From Nitrosopumilus sp. (GTDB lineage Archaea; Thermoproteota; Nitrososphaeria; Nitrososphaerales; Nitrosopumilaceae): a stretch of 64,000 nt of DNA. The translations under genes and the position numbers were made by a program. Below are positions 18,800-27,949 of the stretch, one piece after another. The DNA lies in the NCBI GenBank assembly GCA_029255365.1, contig JAPFQF010000036.1:30237-94236 (forward strand). Reading direction: 5' to 3'. Under the pieces are notes generated by a model. It worked only from the letters and a program-made list of their open reading frames with translations. It made no database searches and was not told where the DNA came from. Position 1 is the stretch's first letter. Every line of letters starts with the position of its first letter.

Positions 18800-19819
18800 T
18801 TGATAACTGCGATCAATGTGTTGTACTCGATAGAGACAAAATCTCTTACCAAATCATTTGGTGACACAATTGCAGTAAATGATATTTCATTTGCAGTAGA
18901 GCAGGGCGAAATCTTTGGATTCCTGGGACCTAACGGCGCTGGCAAAAGTACCACCATGATGATTCTGACCACTCTGCTAAAACCTACGTCTGGAGCAGCA
19001 TTGATTTCAGGATTTGACGTCTCTACAAATCCCAAACAAGTCAGAGAAAATATCGGCTATGTTCAACAAGAATCAACCGTTGACGAGTATCTTACGGGAC
19101 GAGAAAACCTTCTGCTACAGGCAAAACTTAACCATATTCCAAAAAATGAAATCAGCGAAAGAATTGACGATGTTTTGGAATTAATCGAACTCGTTGACAA
19201 ACAAGATCATGCCGTTGTCACATATTCAGGCGGTATGAGAAAGAGATTGGACATTGCAGGAGGGCTGCTGCATAGGCCAAAAGTGTTGTTTCTAGACGAG
19301 CCTACAGTCGGATTGGATATTCAAACTCGTAGAAAAATTTGGGAATACATAAAAAAAATCCACACTGAATTTGATATGACAATTTTTGTTTCTACACATT
19401 ACATGGAGGAGGCAGACCAGCTGTGTGACAGGGTGGGAATTATTGATGGGGGAAAAATCCAAGTAATTGATTCTCCTGAAAACATGAAAAATGCAATGGG
19501 AAATGAAGTAATCTCTATGGTTATTGATGAAGGTAAAAATCAAGAGTCATTTGTCTCTGAGATTAGAAAAATTGAATTTGTTAAGAAAATTAACGAAGAT
19601 GGCTCTAAACTTACTTTATTTACATCTAATGGCACCGAAGTGATTCCAAAAATATTTCAAATTTCATCCGAACTTGGAATCAAAATAAAGGCTATCTCTC
19701 TAACTCAGCCGACACTTGATGACGTTTTCATTTCTTACACTGGACATGAAATCAAAGGCGATGACTCTGGGTTTAACAGAAAACGCGAGCATGCAAAGAT
19801 GAAGAGGCTACGCGCATGA
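18800..19819 (+). CDS. ABC transporter ATP-binding protein (DrrA-like)
   Basis: GPNGAGKST, YSGGM, LFLDEPT; start may be GTG near 18818. Confidence 0.93.
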   Translation: MITAINVLYSIETKSLTKSFGDTIAVNDISFAVEQGEIFGFLGPNGAGKSTTMMILTTLLKPTSGAALISGFDVSTNPKQVRENIGYVQQESTVDEYLTGRENLLLQAKLNHIPKNEISERIDDVLELIELVDKQDHAVVTYSGGMRKRLDIAGGLLHRPKVLFLDEPTVGLDIQTRRKIWEYIKKIHTEFDMTIFVSTHYMEEADQLCDRVGIIDGGKIQVIDSPENMKNAMGNEVISMVIDEGKNQESFVSEIRKIEFVKKINEDGSKLTLFTSNGTEVIPKIFQISSELGIKIKAISLTQPTLDDVFISYTGHEIKGDDSGFNRKREHAKMKRLRA

Positions 19820-20601
19820 ATACTATTCTGTATGATACGTATACAATTTTTTGGAGAGAACTAAAACGATACAAAAAGTCTCGCAGTGGAGTTTTAATCA
19901 GACTGATTCAGCCTGTAATTTGGATCATCGTTATCGGAAACACGTTTTCTGGAACTGAACCACTGATTCAATCAGTTGGATTTGAGGGAAAGTACATCGA
20001 ATTCATGGCACCTGGCGTCATTATTCTTACTGCCATTTTTACTAGTATCTTTGGCGGTGTCAATACTTTGTGGGATAGGCGGTATGGTTTTATGAATAAA
20101 GCATTATCTTCTCCGATTTCTCGTTCTGCAATTGCATTGGGAAAAATGTCTGCAATTTCTTTGATTGCTGCATTGCAAGCTAGTTTGATTATAGGGATTG
20201 CGCTGGCTATCGGCGTCAATTTCCCTAATCCAATAATGATTGCGCCAATCATGGTAATTGTAATTTTATTTTCTTTAGGCTTTTCTGGAATCTCTGTAAT
20301 TGTTGCAGCTACTGCAAAGTCCCAGGAAACTTTTTGGGGCATGATTAATTTTCTTGGAATGCCGTTGTTCATGCTTAGCCCTGCGTTATTCCCATTAGAA
20401 TTACTGCCAGACTGGCTTGCAGTAATTGCAAAACTAAACCCTGTAACATATACGATTTTACTGGTAAGAGAGTTGATGACGGGAGTATCTGAAGGTGGCA
20501 TTCCAATACTTTTGAGCCTCGGAGTTTTGATAGCCTTTGTACTTGTAATGGTGGCACTGGCAAGCTATGTGTTTACGCGTGAAGTGAACAAACCTTTTTG
20601 A
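19816..20601 (+). CDS. ABC-2 type permease
   Basis: About 6 TM helices, MAPG, NPVTY; overlaps ATPase stop (ATGA). Confidence 0.92.
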   Translation: MNTILYDTYTIFWRELKRYKKSRSGVLIRLIQPVIWIIVIGNTFSGTEPLIQSVGFEGKYIEFMAPGVIILTAIFTSIFGGVNTLWDRRYGFMNKALSSPISRSAIALGKMSAISLIAALQASLIIGIALAIGVNFPNPIMIAPIMVIVILFSLGFSGISVIVAATAKSQETFWGMINFLGMPLFMLSPALFPLELLPDWLAVIAKLNPVTYTILLVRELMTGVSEGGIPILLSLGVLIAFVLVMVALASYVFTREVNKPF

Positions 20602-20672
20602 CATAAAGTTGACAAGAAATCCAATTATTCTTAACCCTGATGATCTTTGCAAAATTTTGAAACGATAGTACG

Positions 20673-22247
20673 TTGTCAACTATCAATATTGTCATGACTT
20701 TATCGGTAATTTTACTAGCTAGTTCTTTGACGCAATATTCTTTTGCGCTTGGAGACTATGACTATATCTCAGAATGGGGCCAATTTGGAATATACACCCC
20801 CGGCCTTTTTTCGTTTCCCCAATTCATTGCAGTGGATGATGATGGAAATTCGTATGTGACTGATTTGGGAAATAAACGCGTTCAAAAATTTTCTAGCAGC
20901 GGTGAATTTGTAAGTACGTGGGGGCACAGCGGAACACTGGCTGGAGCATTTCACTATCCTGCTGGAATTGCGGTGGGTGACGGTTTTGTTTATGTTGTAG
21001 ATCATGATTTACACACGGTCCAAAAATTCTATCTTAACGGAACGTTTGTTGATCAATGGGGAGGTTACGGGACACATGACGGGGAATTCAAGTACCCTTA
21101 TGGTGTTGCCACTGATTCTGAAAACCATGTGTATGTTGTAGATACCGGAAATCAAAGAATTCAAAAATTTACTTCTGATGGGGATTTCATTTTATCCTTT
21201 GGCTCTAGTGGAATGGCTCCTGGCAAATTCCTCACTGCGTTTGGAATTGGCATTGATGAAAACAACGATGTGTATGTGACTGATAAAGGAAATCGCAAGA
21301 TTGACAAGTTTGATTCTGACGGTTTTTTGTTAAAGTCAATGCCGTTCCGCGGATCAAACTATGTTTTCTCTCCTGAGGGAATTACAATTGACTCTGATGG
21401 CAAGATGTTTGTTGCAAATTCTGCAAATAACAGAATCCTATATCTTGAGCAAGGTGATGACTTGTCTCTGAATATTTTTGAGCAACGTGGGCCTTACCCA
21501 TCAACGTTAACTGCACCTACTGATGTCGCATTGGGTGTTAATGGGGAATTGCTAGTTGTGGATTCTGGATCTCACAAAGTAAAATCATTTGAAACCCCGT
21601 TCTATACGGAACCTGAGGTTGCAGATGTAATTGAAATTGTGGCGCCTGAAATCATTCAAAACTATCCAGACGATGAAATTAATCCCACAATTATGGCTCC
21701 GAGTGACTTGGTTTTAGATGCAACTGATCTGTACACTCCAGTCTCTATCGGAGATGCAATTGCAGCTGATTCTGGTAGTGGAATTCAAGCAATTTTGAAT
21801 AATGCCCCCGAATTATTTTCTTTGGGTGTCCACAAAGTTATCTGGATTGCATTTGATAATGCCGGTAATACTGCAGAGACATATCAAACCATTACGATTA
21901 ATGCTTGTGGAAATGCTTACTCTGATTATAACAAAATAGTTGGAACCATTGAAGATGACATACTTCAAGGAACCTCTTCAGATGATTTGATCTTTGGATT
22001 AAGCGGCGATGATATCATCAGTGGCCTTGGCGGCAATGACTGTATTTTTGGTGGAGAAGGTGATGATGTCATCTATGGGAATGATGGATATGACACTATA
22101 TTTGGGAATGATGGAAATGACATCCTCAAAGGTCAATCAGGATACGATGTAATTTATGGTAATTTGGGAATGGATGTGCTTGACGGTGGTTCCGAAAATG
22201 ACAATTGCTATGATTCAGACGAAGATCTACTGTTAAACTGTGAATGA
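20673..22247 (+). CDS. Secreted NHL-repeat protein with HYR-like domain and RTX-type Ca-binding repeats
   Basis: Signal peptide; repeated FxYPxGIAxD...YVxDxGNxRIQKF; C-terminal GxxGDD/GNDxL nonapeptides. Confidence 0.88.
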   Translation: MSTINIVMTLSVILLASSLTQYSFALGDYDYISEWGQFGIYTPGLFSFPQFIAVDDDGNSYVTDLGNKRVQKFSSSGEFVSTWGHSGTLAGAFHYPAGIAVGDGFVYVVDHDLHTVQKFYLNGTFVDQWGGYGTHDGEFKYPYGVATDSENHVYVVDTGNQRIQKFTSDGDFILSFGSSGMAPGKFLTAFGIGIDENNDVYVTDKGNRKIDKFDSDGFLLKSMPFRGSNYVFSPEGITIDSDGKMFVANSANNRILYLEQGDDLSLNIFEQRGPYPSTLTAPTDVALGVNGELLVVDSGSHKVKSFETPFYTEPEVADVIEIVAPEIIQNYPDDEINPTIMAPSDLVLDATDLYTPVSIGDAIAADSGSGIQAILNNAPELFSLGVHKVIWIAFDNAGNTAETYQTITINACGNAYSDYNKIVGTIEDDILQGTSSDDLIFGLSGDDIISGLGGNDCIFGGEGDDVIYGNDGYDTIFGNDGNDILKGQSGYDVIYGNLGMDVLDGGSENDNCYDSDEDLLLNCE

Positions 22248-22633
22248 TCACCTGATTTATGGCAAACAACCAAAATTGATTGTAAAAAAATAATGTCCTT
22301 GCGCAAGTGTCTGTTGGGATAATTTCTTACTTGGATGGAATTTCTGGATCACTCATTTTGATTTTAACCTGCAATGCCTCGGATTATAGTAATTTAATGA
22401 TTCAAACGAATCTGGAAAGATGTACGCCAAATGTTGATTAGATTCAAATCTCCAACACGCTTAAGTTCAAAATATGTCTCGCTCTCATTTCAAAAGTGAC
22501 TTTTTGTATCAATTATGCACTAAATAGGCAAAAATTTGGAATGACCTGATGGCAATCTATTTTGAGAATGGAGCCACATGCAGCGTATGTCATTGGAAAT
22601 ATTGCCGTGACTAGGACAAACATGATTGTTGGA

Positions 22634-23179
22634 TTACTTTTTTTTAATCAATAAAGTGTGCTGTATCTCCTGTAAGCTGCTGATGAATTTCTGTTTTGCC
22701 TCAAATTCATCCTTGACTGCTATGACTATTTCGGTCGGTGATAACATGACATCTTTAACGACAAGTGGGGAACTTAGACCTAGTATCTCACATAACATCT
22801 CAAAAACATTTTTGAACTGAGAGTCTCCCCTGTATTTGTAAACAGTCTTGCCATCAATTATTTTTGGATAACTTTCAAGAGGTATTATCAAGTTTGGCGA
22901 ACTGAATTCAGAGATAAAAGTATCGATATCTTTAGAGATGGACGATTTAAGATCTGCTTTGGTTCGCTCTGACTGCTCTTTCATTCTTTGAAGATCTGCC
23001 ATCTTGTCATCATATCCGACACCAGTTATTTTTGCAAATGTAGATTCAGTTGCCCGTTTTAATGGAATTTCGTGGAGTTGTACGTTCACACTAGACAGTG
23101 AATCCTCAATTTCGTGCAGTTTTACTCTGTTCTCCTTTATCTGAACTGCAATGCTTTCTAGATTCTCAAAGTCAGACAT
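22634..23179 (-). CDS. Hypothetical protein, N-terminal coiled coil; operon partner of the tubulin-like ORF
   Basis: 181 aa, ATG 4 nt after upstream stop. Confidence 0.75.
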   Translation of the reverse strand: MSDFENLESIAVQIKENRVKLHEIEDSLSSVNVQLHEIPLKRATESTFAKITGVGYDDKMADLQRMKEQSERTKADLKSSISKDIDTFISEFSSPNLIIPLESYPKIIDGKTVYKYRGDSQFKNVFEMLCEILGLSSPLVVKDVMLSPTEIVIAVKDEFEAKQKFISSLQEIQHTLLIKKK

Positions 23180-23183
23180 GTCT

Positions 23184-23969
23184 TTAGCTGAATTGATGTA
23201 CTACATCCATTAGGCCTTGTTTAAATTCCTCAGTTGAAAGTCCCCATTTGCCATATTCCTCTTTGTACCCGTCCCATGATTCTTCAGCTTCTTTTGCAAT
23301 CTCGAGAATTTTAGGTCCAATTGCCTTGGTGTTGATCAATGCCGCAATGCTTGCCTGTTCCCCCTCTATTATTGGAATTTTTACAAAGATCATTCTTGAT
23401 TCCTCAATGTTGAATTTGTCCTTGATGATTCTTTTGATCGCCTCGCGTTCTTTGATATCAAATTCACCTTTTACTTTGACTAGTACGCAACAAGAATCTC
23501 TGGAACTGCCATTGTTCCTGATGTCATTTTCATCAATGTCAAAAAGCAAGCCATCTTCTTTTTTGCCAATTTTATTCAAAAGATCTTCCATAGTGTTATT
23601 CTTGGTTGATGTAAGCATGTCCCTTCCCCACTGGTTTTCAGATGGACTTACAGGCATTATCCAAGGAATGGCAAATTTTGGTTTTTTAGTTGCAAGCCAT
23701 GTGCGATAATTAGACATGTCCCATTCGGTTTCTCTTGCAAACGATGAGATGAACATGGAGATGGTATTTGCAGCAATCAAGTTCATTCCCTTGTAGTCTT
23801 TCCATCCGACCTCGTGTTCTTTTCGAAGATCATCTATTATGGATGGAATTTTTTGTAACTTTTTTTCATGTTGGTGTGAGATTGCCTTTTCATGGATTGT
23901 CGCTGTCCATGGTGGCACTGCACTCGCAATCAAATATAGTGCATGATTGACCTGTTTGACGGTACGCAA
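23184..23969 (-). CDS. Divergent tubulin-like protein, N-terminally truncated (lacks GGGTGSG loop); possibly a pseudogene
   Basis: YKGMN, DMSNYRTWL, FAIPWIMPV, CCVLVKVKGE, LINTKAI and YGKWGLSTEEF align collinearly with alpha-tubulin by eye. Confidence 0.65.
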   Translation of the reverse strand: MRTVKQVNHALYLIASAVPPWTATIHEKAISHQHEKKLQKIPSIIDDLRKEHEVGWKDYKGMNLIAANTISMFISSFARETEWDMSNYRTWLATKKPKFAIPWIMPVSPSENQWGRDMLTSTKNNTMEDLLNKIGKKEDGLLFDIDENDIRNNGSSRDSCCVLVKVKGEFDIKEREAIKRIIKDKFNIEESRMIFVKIPIIEGEQASIAALINTKAIGPKILEIAKEAEESWDGYKEEYGKWGLSTEEFKQGLMDVVHQFS

Positions 23970-24012
23970 TGCCTTGATTTTTATCTCAGCAAAATTTTTT
24001 TGAAATATTCAA

Positions 24013-25098
24013 ATGGAAATATTGCAACTAATACAATCTAATTTACTCACGCCGATAATCCTCTTTTTCCTATTTGGAATTATTGCGGCTAGAATAAAGT
24101 CTGATCTGAAAATCCCTGAAGCGATTTCAGAATTCTTGCCAATCTATCTTCTTGCAGCAATAGGCCTTCATGGTGGAATTGAGATGAGAAATACTGGATT
24201 TGAAAACATGTTGATTCCAATGTTAGTTGCAATTGGATTATCCTTGCTAATGACATTAAACCACTATCAAATTTTACGTAGATTGGGCAAATTCAATATT
24301 TTTGATTCATATGCGTTAGCATCAACATATGGCGCTGTAGGGGCTGTCACATTTTCAGTTGGTCTGTCATTTTTGAAGAATCAGGGGGTGACATCTGAAG
24401 GATATCTTGCAGCAATTTTGGCTGTTCTAGAACCTGTTGCTTTCATTTTAGCAATATTTTTGACAAACATGGCAGTTTCAAAACAAATTCGTCAGAAAAA
24501 AAAATCATTCACTAAAGGTGATGACTCTGATCTTAATATGGGCATTCAAGAAACAAAAACAAACCTTTCTCAAGTTTTACATGAATCCGTAACTGGCAAG
24601 GCAATAGTTATTCTTCTTGGAAGTATTGTAATAGGTTATATCATTGGCGAATCTGGATTTGATTCTATCAAAATAGTATTTGATGAAATGTTTACTGGAG
24701 CAATTGTAATTTTTATGATTGAGATGGGAATAATCGCCGGTCAAAGATTAGGTGATATTAAAAAAGTTGGAATTTTCCTTATAGCGTTTGCTGTAATCAT
24801 GCCAACTTTCAATGGTATAGTGGGAGTATTGGTTGCTACGGCCATGGGTTTGAGCCTGGGTGGAGCGGTAATGTTTGGATTACTATTGGCAAGCGCTTCG
24901 TTTATCGCAGCACCGGCAGTTTTACGCCATGCAATTCCGCAAGCAAATCCTAGTCTTTACATTACATCTGCTTTAGGAATTACATTCCCATACAACATTA
25001 TTGTTTTACTTCCAATCATGTTTTCAATTTCGACAATCGTTCATACTGGAGAAGGATCGATAGACTTATTCAATTACATCACAAAGGGTTGGATATGA
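24013..25098 (+). CDS. sbtA: Sodium-dependent bicarbonate transporter SbtA family permease
   Basis: KSDLKIP, YLLAAIGLHGG, YGAVGAVTF, EMGIIAG, ASASFIAAPA, LGITFPYNI motifs. Confidence 0.9.
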   Translation: MEILQLIQSNLLTPIILFFLFGIIAARIKSDLKIPEAISEFLPIYLLAAIGLHGGIEMRNTGFENMLIPMLVAIGLSLLMTLNHYQILRRLGKFNIFDSYALASTYGAVGAVTFSVGLSFLKNQGVTSEGYLAAILAVLEPVAFILAIFLTNMAVSKQIRQKKKSFTKGDDSDLNMGIQETKTNLSQVLHESVTGKAIVILLGSIVIGYIIGESGFDSIKIVFDEMFTGAIVIFMIEMGIIAGQRLGDIKKVGIFLIAFAVIMPTFNGIVGVLVATAMGLSLGGAVMFGLLLASASFIAAPAVLRHAIPQANPSLYITSALGITFPYNIIVLLPIMFSISTIVHTGEGSIDLFNYITKGWI

Positions 25099-25397
25099 AA
25101 CTCTACACTGTAAAATTACTAACTATTACTTGTGAGATTCTTGCCCAAAAAAATATTATTAAAATTTTAAACAAACATGAAATTAATGCCTATACAACTT
25201 ATGAAGTAGGTGGGAATGGTGCACGTGGAATTCGTGGTCAAGGACTTGAAAATGAAAAAAATGTCAAAGTTGAAGTTATATTGCGTGAGGAAAAATTACA
25301 AGATGTGGTTGAAGAAATCTCCAGAACAATGTTTGCTAATTTTACTATAATTGTATATGTTAGTGATGTTAGTGTAGTCAGAACTGAAAAATTCTAA
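25095..25397 (+). CDS. sbtB: P-II-like SbtB protein
   Basis: KLLTITCE, YT...GNGARG, NVKVEVI, VVRTEKF; overlaps sbtA stop. Confidence 0.85.
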   Translation: MKLYTVKLLTITCEILAQKNIIKILNKHEINAYTTYEVGGNGARGIRGQGLENEKNVKVEVILREEKLQDVVEEISRTMFANFTIIVYVSDVSVVRTEKF

Positions 25398-25693
25398 CAA
25401 CATTTATCGTCTGAACATAAGACTGGAATTTTTTTACTAGTTTTTGTAACGTTTGATATTAATTCTGACAATTGTTTGTTTGATATTGCATACATTGCTT
25501 TTTTCCCCTCATCCCTTGATTTGACAATCCCACATTTTTTCAATGTCTTTAGATGGTGGGAGACTAACGGTTGATCTTTTTTTAATTTTTTAACAAAATC
25601 ATTTACACAGAGTTCTTTATCTTTTTGTAACAATTCTAAAATTTCAAAACGTGTTTCATCACAAATGCATTTTAACAGACTGACTCCATTCAT
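25394..25693 (-). CDS. arsR: ArsR/SmtB family repressor
   Basis: DETRFEIL, ELCVND, QPLVSHHLKTLKKCGIV, C-terminal CC. Confidence 0.88.
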   Translation of the reverse strand: MNGVSLLKCICDETRFEILELLQKDKELCVNDFVKKLKKDQPLVSHHLKTLKKCGIVKSRDEGKKAMYAISNKQLSELISNVTKTSKKIPVLCSDDKCC

Positions 25694-25714
25694 ATCAATT
25701 TAAGTTTATATGAA
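25689..25714. promoter_or_regulatory. Candidate ArsR operator
   Basis: TTCATAT-N12-ATATGAA inverted repeat in the arsR/arsC divergent region. Confidence 0.5.
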
Positions 25715-25739
25715 CCAATATTTATGTTATATCACAGAT

Positions 25740-26141
25740 ATGTCTGAAAATGTACTGTTTGTGTGCGTAGAAAATGCAGGCAGGAGCCAAATGGCTGAAG
25801 CCTTTTTTAGAAAATATGCGCCTGTTCGATTCAACGTTTTCAGCGCTGGTACTACACCATCATCACAACTAAATCCGATTGTCATTCAGGTAATGAAAGA
25901 AATTGGTATAGATATGACAAATCAACACCCTAAGATGTTATCCCACTCAATGATTGAGAACTCTTCTAAAACTGTTAACATGGGATGCATGGATAGAGAA
26001 TCATGTCCTTCTTTGTTTGTAAAGGATGTACTTGATTGGAATATTTCTGATCCAAAAGAAAAATCTCTTGATGAAGTAAGAGAAATCCGTGATAAAATAA
26101 AATCTGAAGTAATGAATCTCATCAAAACTCTTGAGGCATGA
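25740..26141 (+). CDS. arsC: Arsenate reductase (LMW-PTP fold)
   Basis: FVCVENAGRSQMAE, GCMDRESCP, DP. Confidence 0.9.
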   Translation: MSENVLFVCVENAGRSQMAEAFFRKYAPVRFNVFSAGTTPSSQLNPIVIQVMKEIGIDMTNQHPKMLSHSMIENSSKTVNMGCMDRESCPSLFVKDVLDWNISDPKEKSLDEVREIRDKIKSEVMNLIKTLEA

Positions 26142-26146
26142 CGTAA

Positions 26147-26827
26147 ATGACATATTCTAATTTACAAATTTTTACAGTTGAACTAATTGGAACCTTTGTT
26201 CTTGTAATATTTGCAACTGGTTCTATTGTTTATGATGCTGAATTTTTGGATGGTCAATTGGGAATTCCCTTTGCAGCACTGGCTCCTTTTATTGCATTGC
26301 TCATCGGTGTCTATTCTTTCGGAAAAATATCTTTGGCGCATTTTAATCCTGCAGTTACTATTGGTTACTATATTACAGGACATATCTCAAAAATTCAAAT
26401 TGTGTATTATTTTGCAGCAGAAATAATTGGTGCAGTATTAGGTTCTCTTTTTGTACTGATGTTCATTGGAGACAAGGCAAATCTAGGTGCAAATGCTCCT
26501 AATTATGATTTTTCAATTTTTTTAATTTTTTCAGTTGAGGTTTTAGCTTCTGCAATGTTGATGGGTGTAATATTTTATGTCGTGTATACAAAAGGCCTAA
26601 GAGGATTTAGCGGTGTTGCAATAGGTGGAATCGTTGGATTGGATATTCTCTTTTTGGCTTTTATCTCTGGAGCCTCTATGAATCCAGCTAGGGCATTAGC
26701 TCCTGCATTGTTATCTGGCACGTTTGAAAATTTATGGTTATACTGGACTGCTCCATTTGTTGGGACTATGATCGTTGCTTTTTTGTTTAGAGGGAAATTT
26801 CGGGCACAAAGAAAGGGGGAATCATAG
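26147..26827 (+). CDS. MIP family channel (aquaporin/aquaglyceroporin, probable arsenite channel)
   Basis: HFNPAVT and SMNPARAL NPA boxes; downstream of arsC. Confidence 0.9.
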   Translation: MTYSNLQIFTVELIGTFVLVIFATGSIVYDAEFLDGQLGIPFAALAPFIALLIGVYSFGKISLAHFNPAVTIGYYITGHISKIQIVYYFAAEIIGAVLGSLFVLMFIGDKANLGANAPNYDFSIFLIFSVEVLASAMLMGVIFYVVYTKGLRGFSGVAIGGIVGLDILFLAFISGASMNPARALAPALLSGTFENLWLYWTAPFVGTMIVAFLFRGKFRAQRKGES

Positions 26828-26909
26828 AAATAAGGATTCTACATAGTTCTCAGATCTCTACCCAATCTACCACCACTTCTCTTTAGTTTCATTTTCTTCT
26901 AATATTGTC

Positions 26910-27329
26910 ATGATCACATCTAATCTTGAAAGAAATTTGGCAATATCCAGTCTATGCAAGTATATCATATCTACAAATGAAAAAATTCGTTCTGTTATTT
27001 CATTAAATAAGAATGGAAGAATGATTGAATCTGAATTTTCATATGACCAAATAATACCAAAAATGAGTAAATCTGAAACAGAGATGCTCTATATGCAAAG
27101 AACACTGCAGACATCACTAAGTATGGAATTTGATAATTTACTTGGACCCCTAAACTATATGATTTTTGAAAGGGAAACAATGTTTGAATTTATTTTTCCA
27201 TTTTCTGAAGGAGTTCTTTTTGTTACATCTGATTTAGATATTATTCCAAGATATCTATCTAAAAAAATATTATTTATTTTAAATGATTTTGATTGGAGGT
27301 CTAAAAACTTAATTTGTAAAAATGCCTGA
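26910..27329 (+). CDS. Hypothetical protein (thaumarchaeal roadblock/profilin-like family)
   Basis: IRSVISLNKNGRMI and EFDNLLGPLNY pattern. Confidence 0.65.
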   Translation: MITSNLERNLAISSLCKYIISTNEKIRSVISLNKNGRMIESEFSYDQIIPKMSKSETEMLYMQRTLQTSLSMEFDNLLGPLNYMIFERETMFEFIFPFSEGVLFVTSDLDIIPRYLSKKILFILNDFDWRSKNLICKNA

Positions 27330-27480
27330 TGAAAGCTGTAGAAGATGTGGGTTTGAATTAAAAGAATTATCAAAATGTTCTGGATGTAGAAAATTGTATC
27401 AACAAATATGTATCCGTTGTAATAACGTCCCTTTACCAAAAATTCATTATTGTGATATTGGTATTTGTATGTCTTCTTAG
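27322..27480 (+). CDS. Zinc-finger microprotein (52 aa)
   Basis: MPDESCRRCGFELKELSKCSGCRKLYQQICIRCNNVPLPKIHYCDIGICMSS; three CxxC plus HxC. Confidence 0.72.
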   Translation: MPDESCRRCGFELKELSKCSGCRKLYQQICIRCNNVPLPKIHYCDIGICMSS

Positions 27481-27949
27481 ATTTATGAATTTTTAAAACT
27501 ATTATGTATTATCAGTAAATTCTATAGATTCTGGTTTTAGATCTGATATTTGTAATATGTTAAAGTGATTTTTTCTATACATATTGCATGTATCTTATTG
27601 ATTACTGAAAATCATTACAATTTTGTTTTATGATATTTTGTTATAGTGTAATCAATGACTGCACCCTCCTTCCCTGAGATGGACAATCCCTCATTTTCCA
27701 AAATTCTGTTGTCAAAAGAAATTGCAGATATCATTAAACAAGTTGTACGAGAATCATCTAACACGATTCAACAAATGGGCAATGATGGGGGGACTACAGG
27801 TTAATGATTAAAACAACTAAATTTCAATGCAGTCCAAGTTATTGGCGCAAACAAGAAAATCAGGATAAGATTATCTATTCCTAGTTTTATGCCTAAAAAA
27901 CAGCTAAATTCAATCTTTTACGAATAATAATGACCTAAAATATCCTTGA

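Noticed and set aside
27655-27910. 49-aa ORF and adjacent frame fragments before hemL
   Set aside because: Could be a decayed gene, but no motif supports a call
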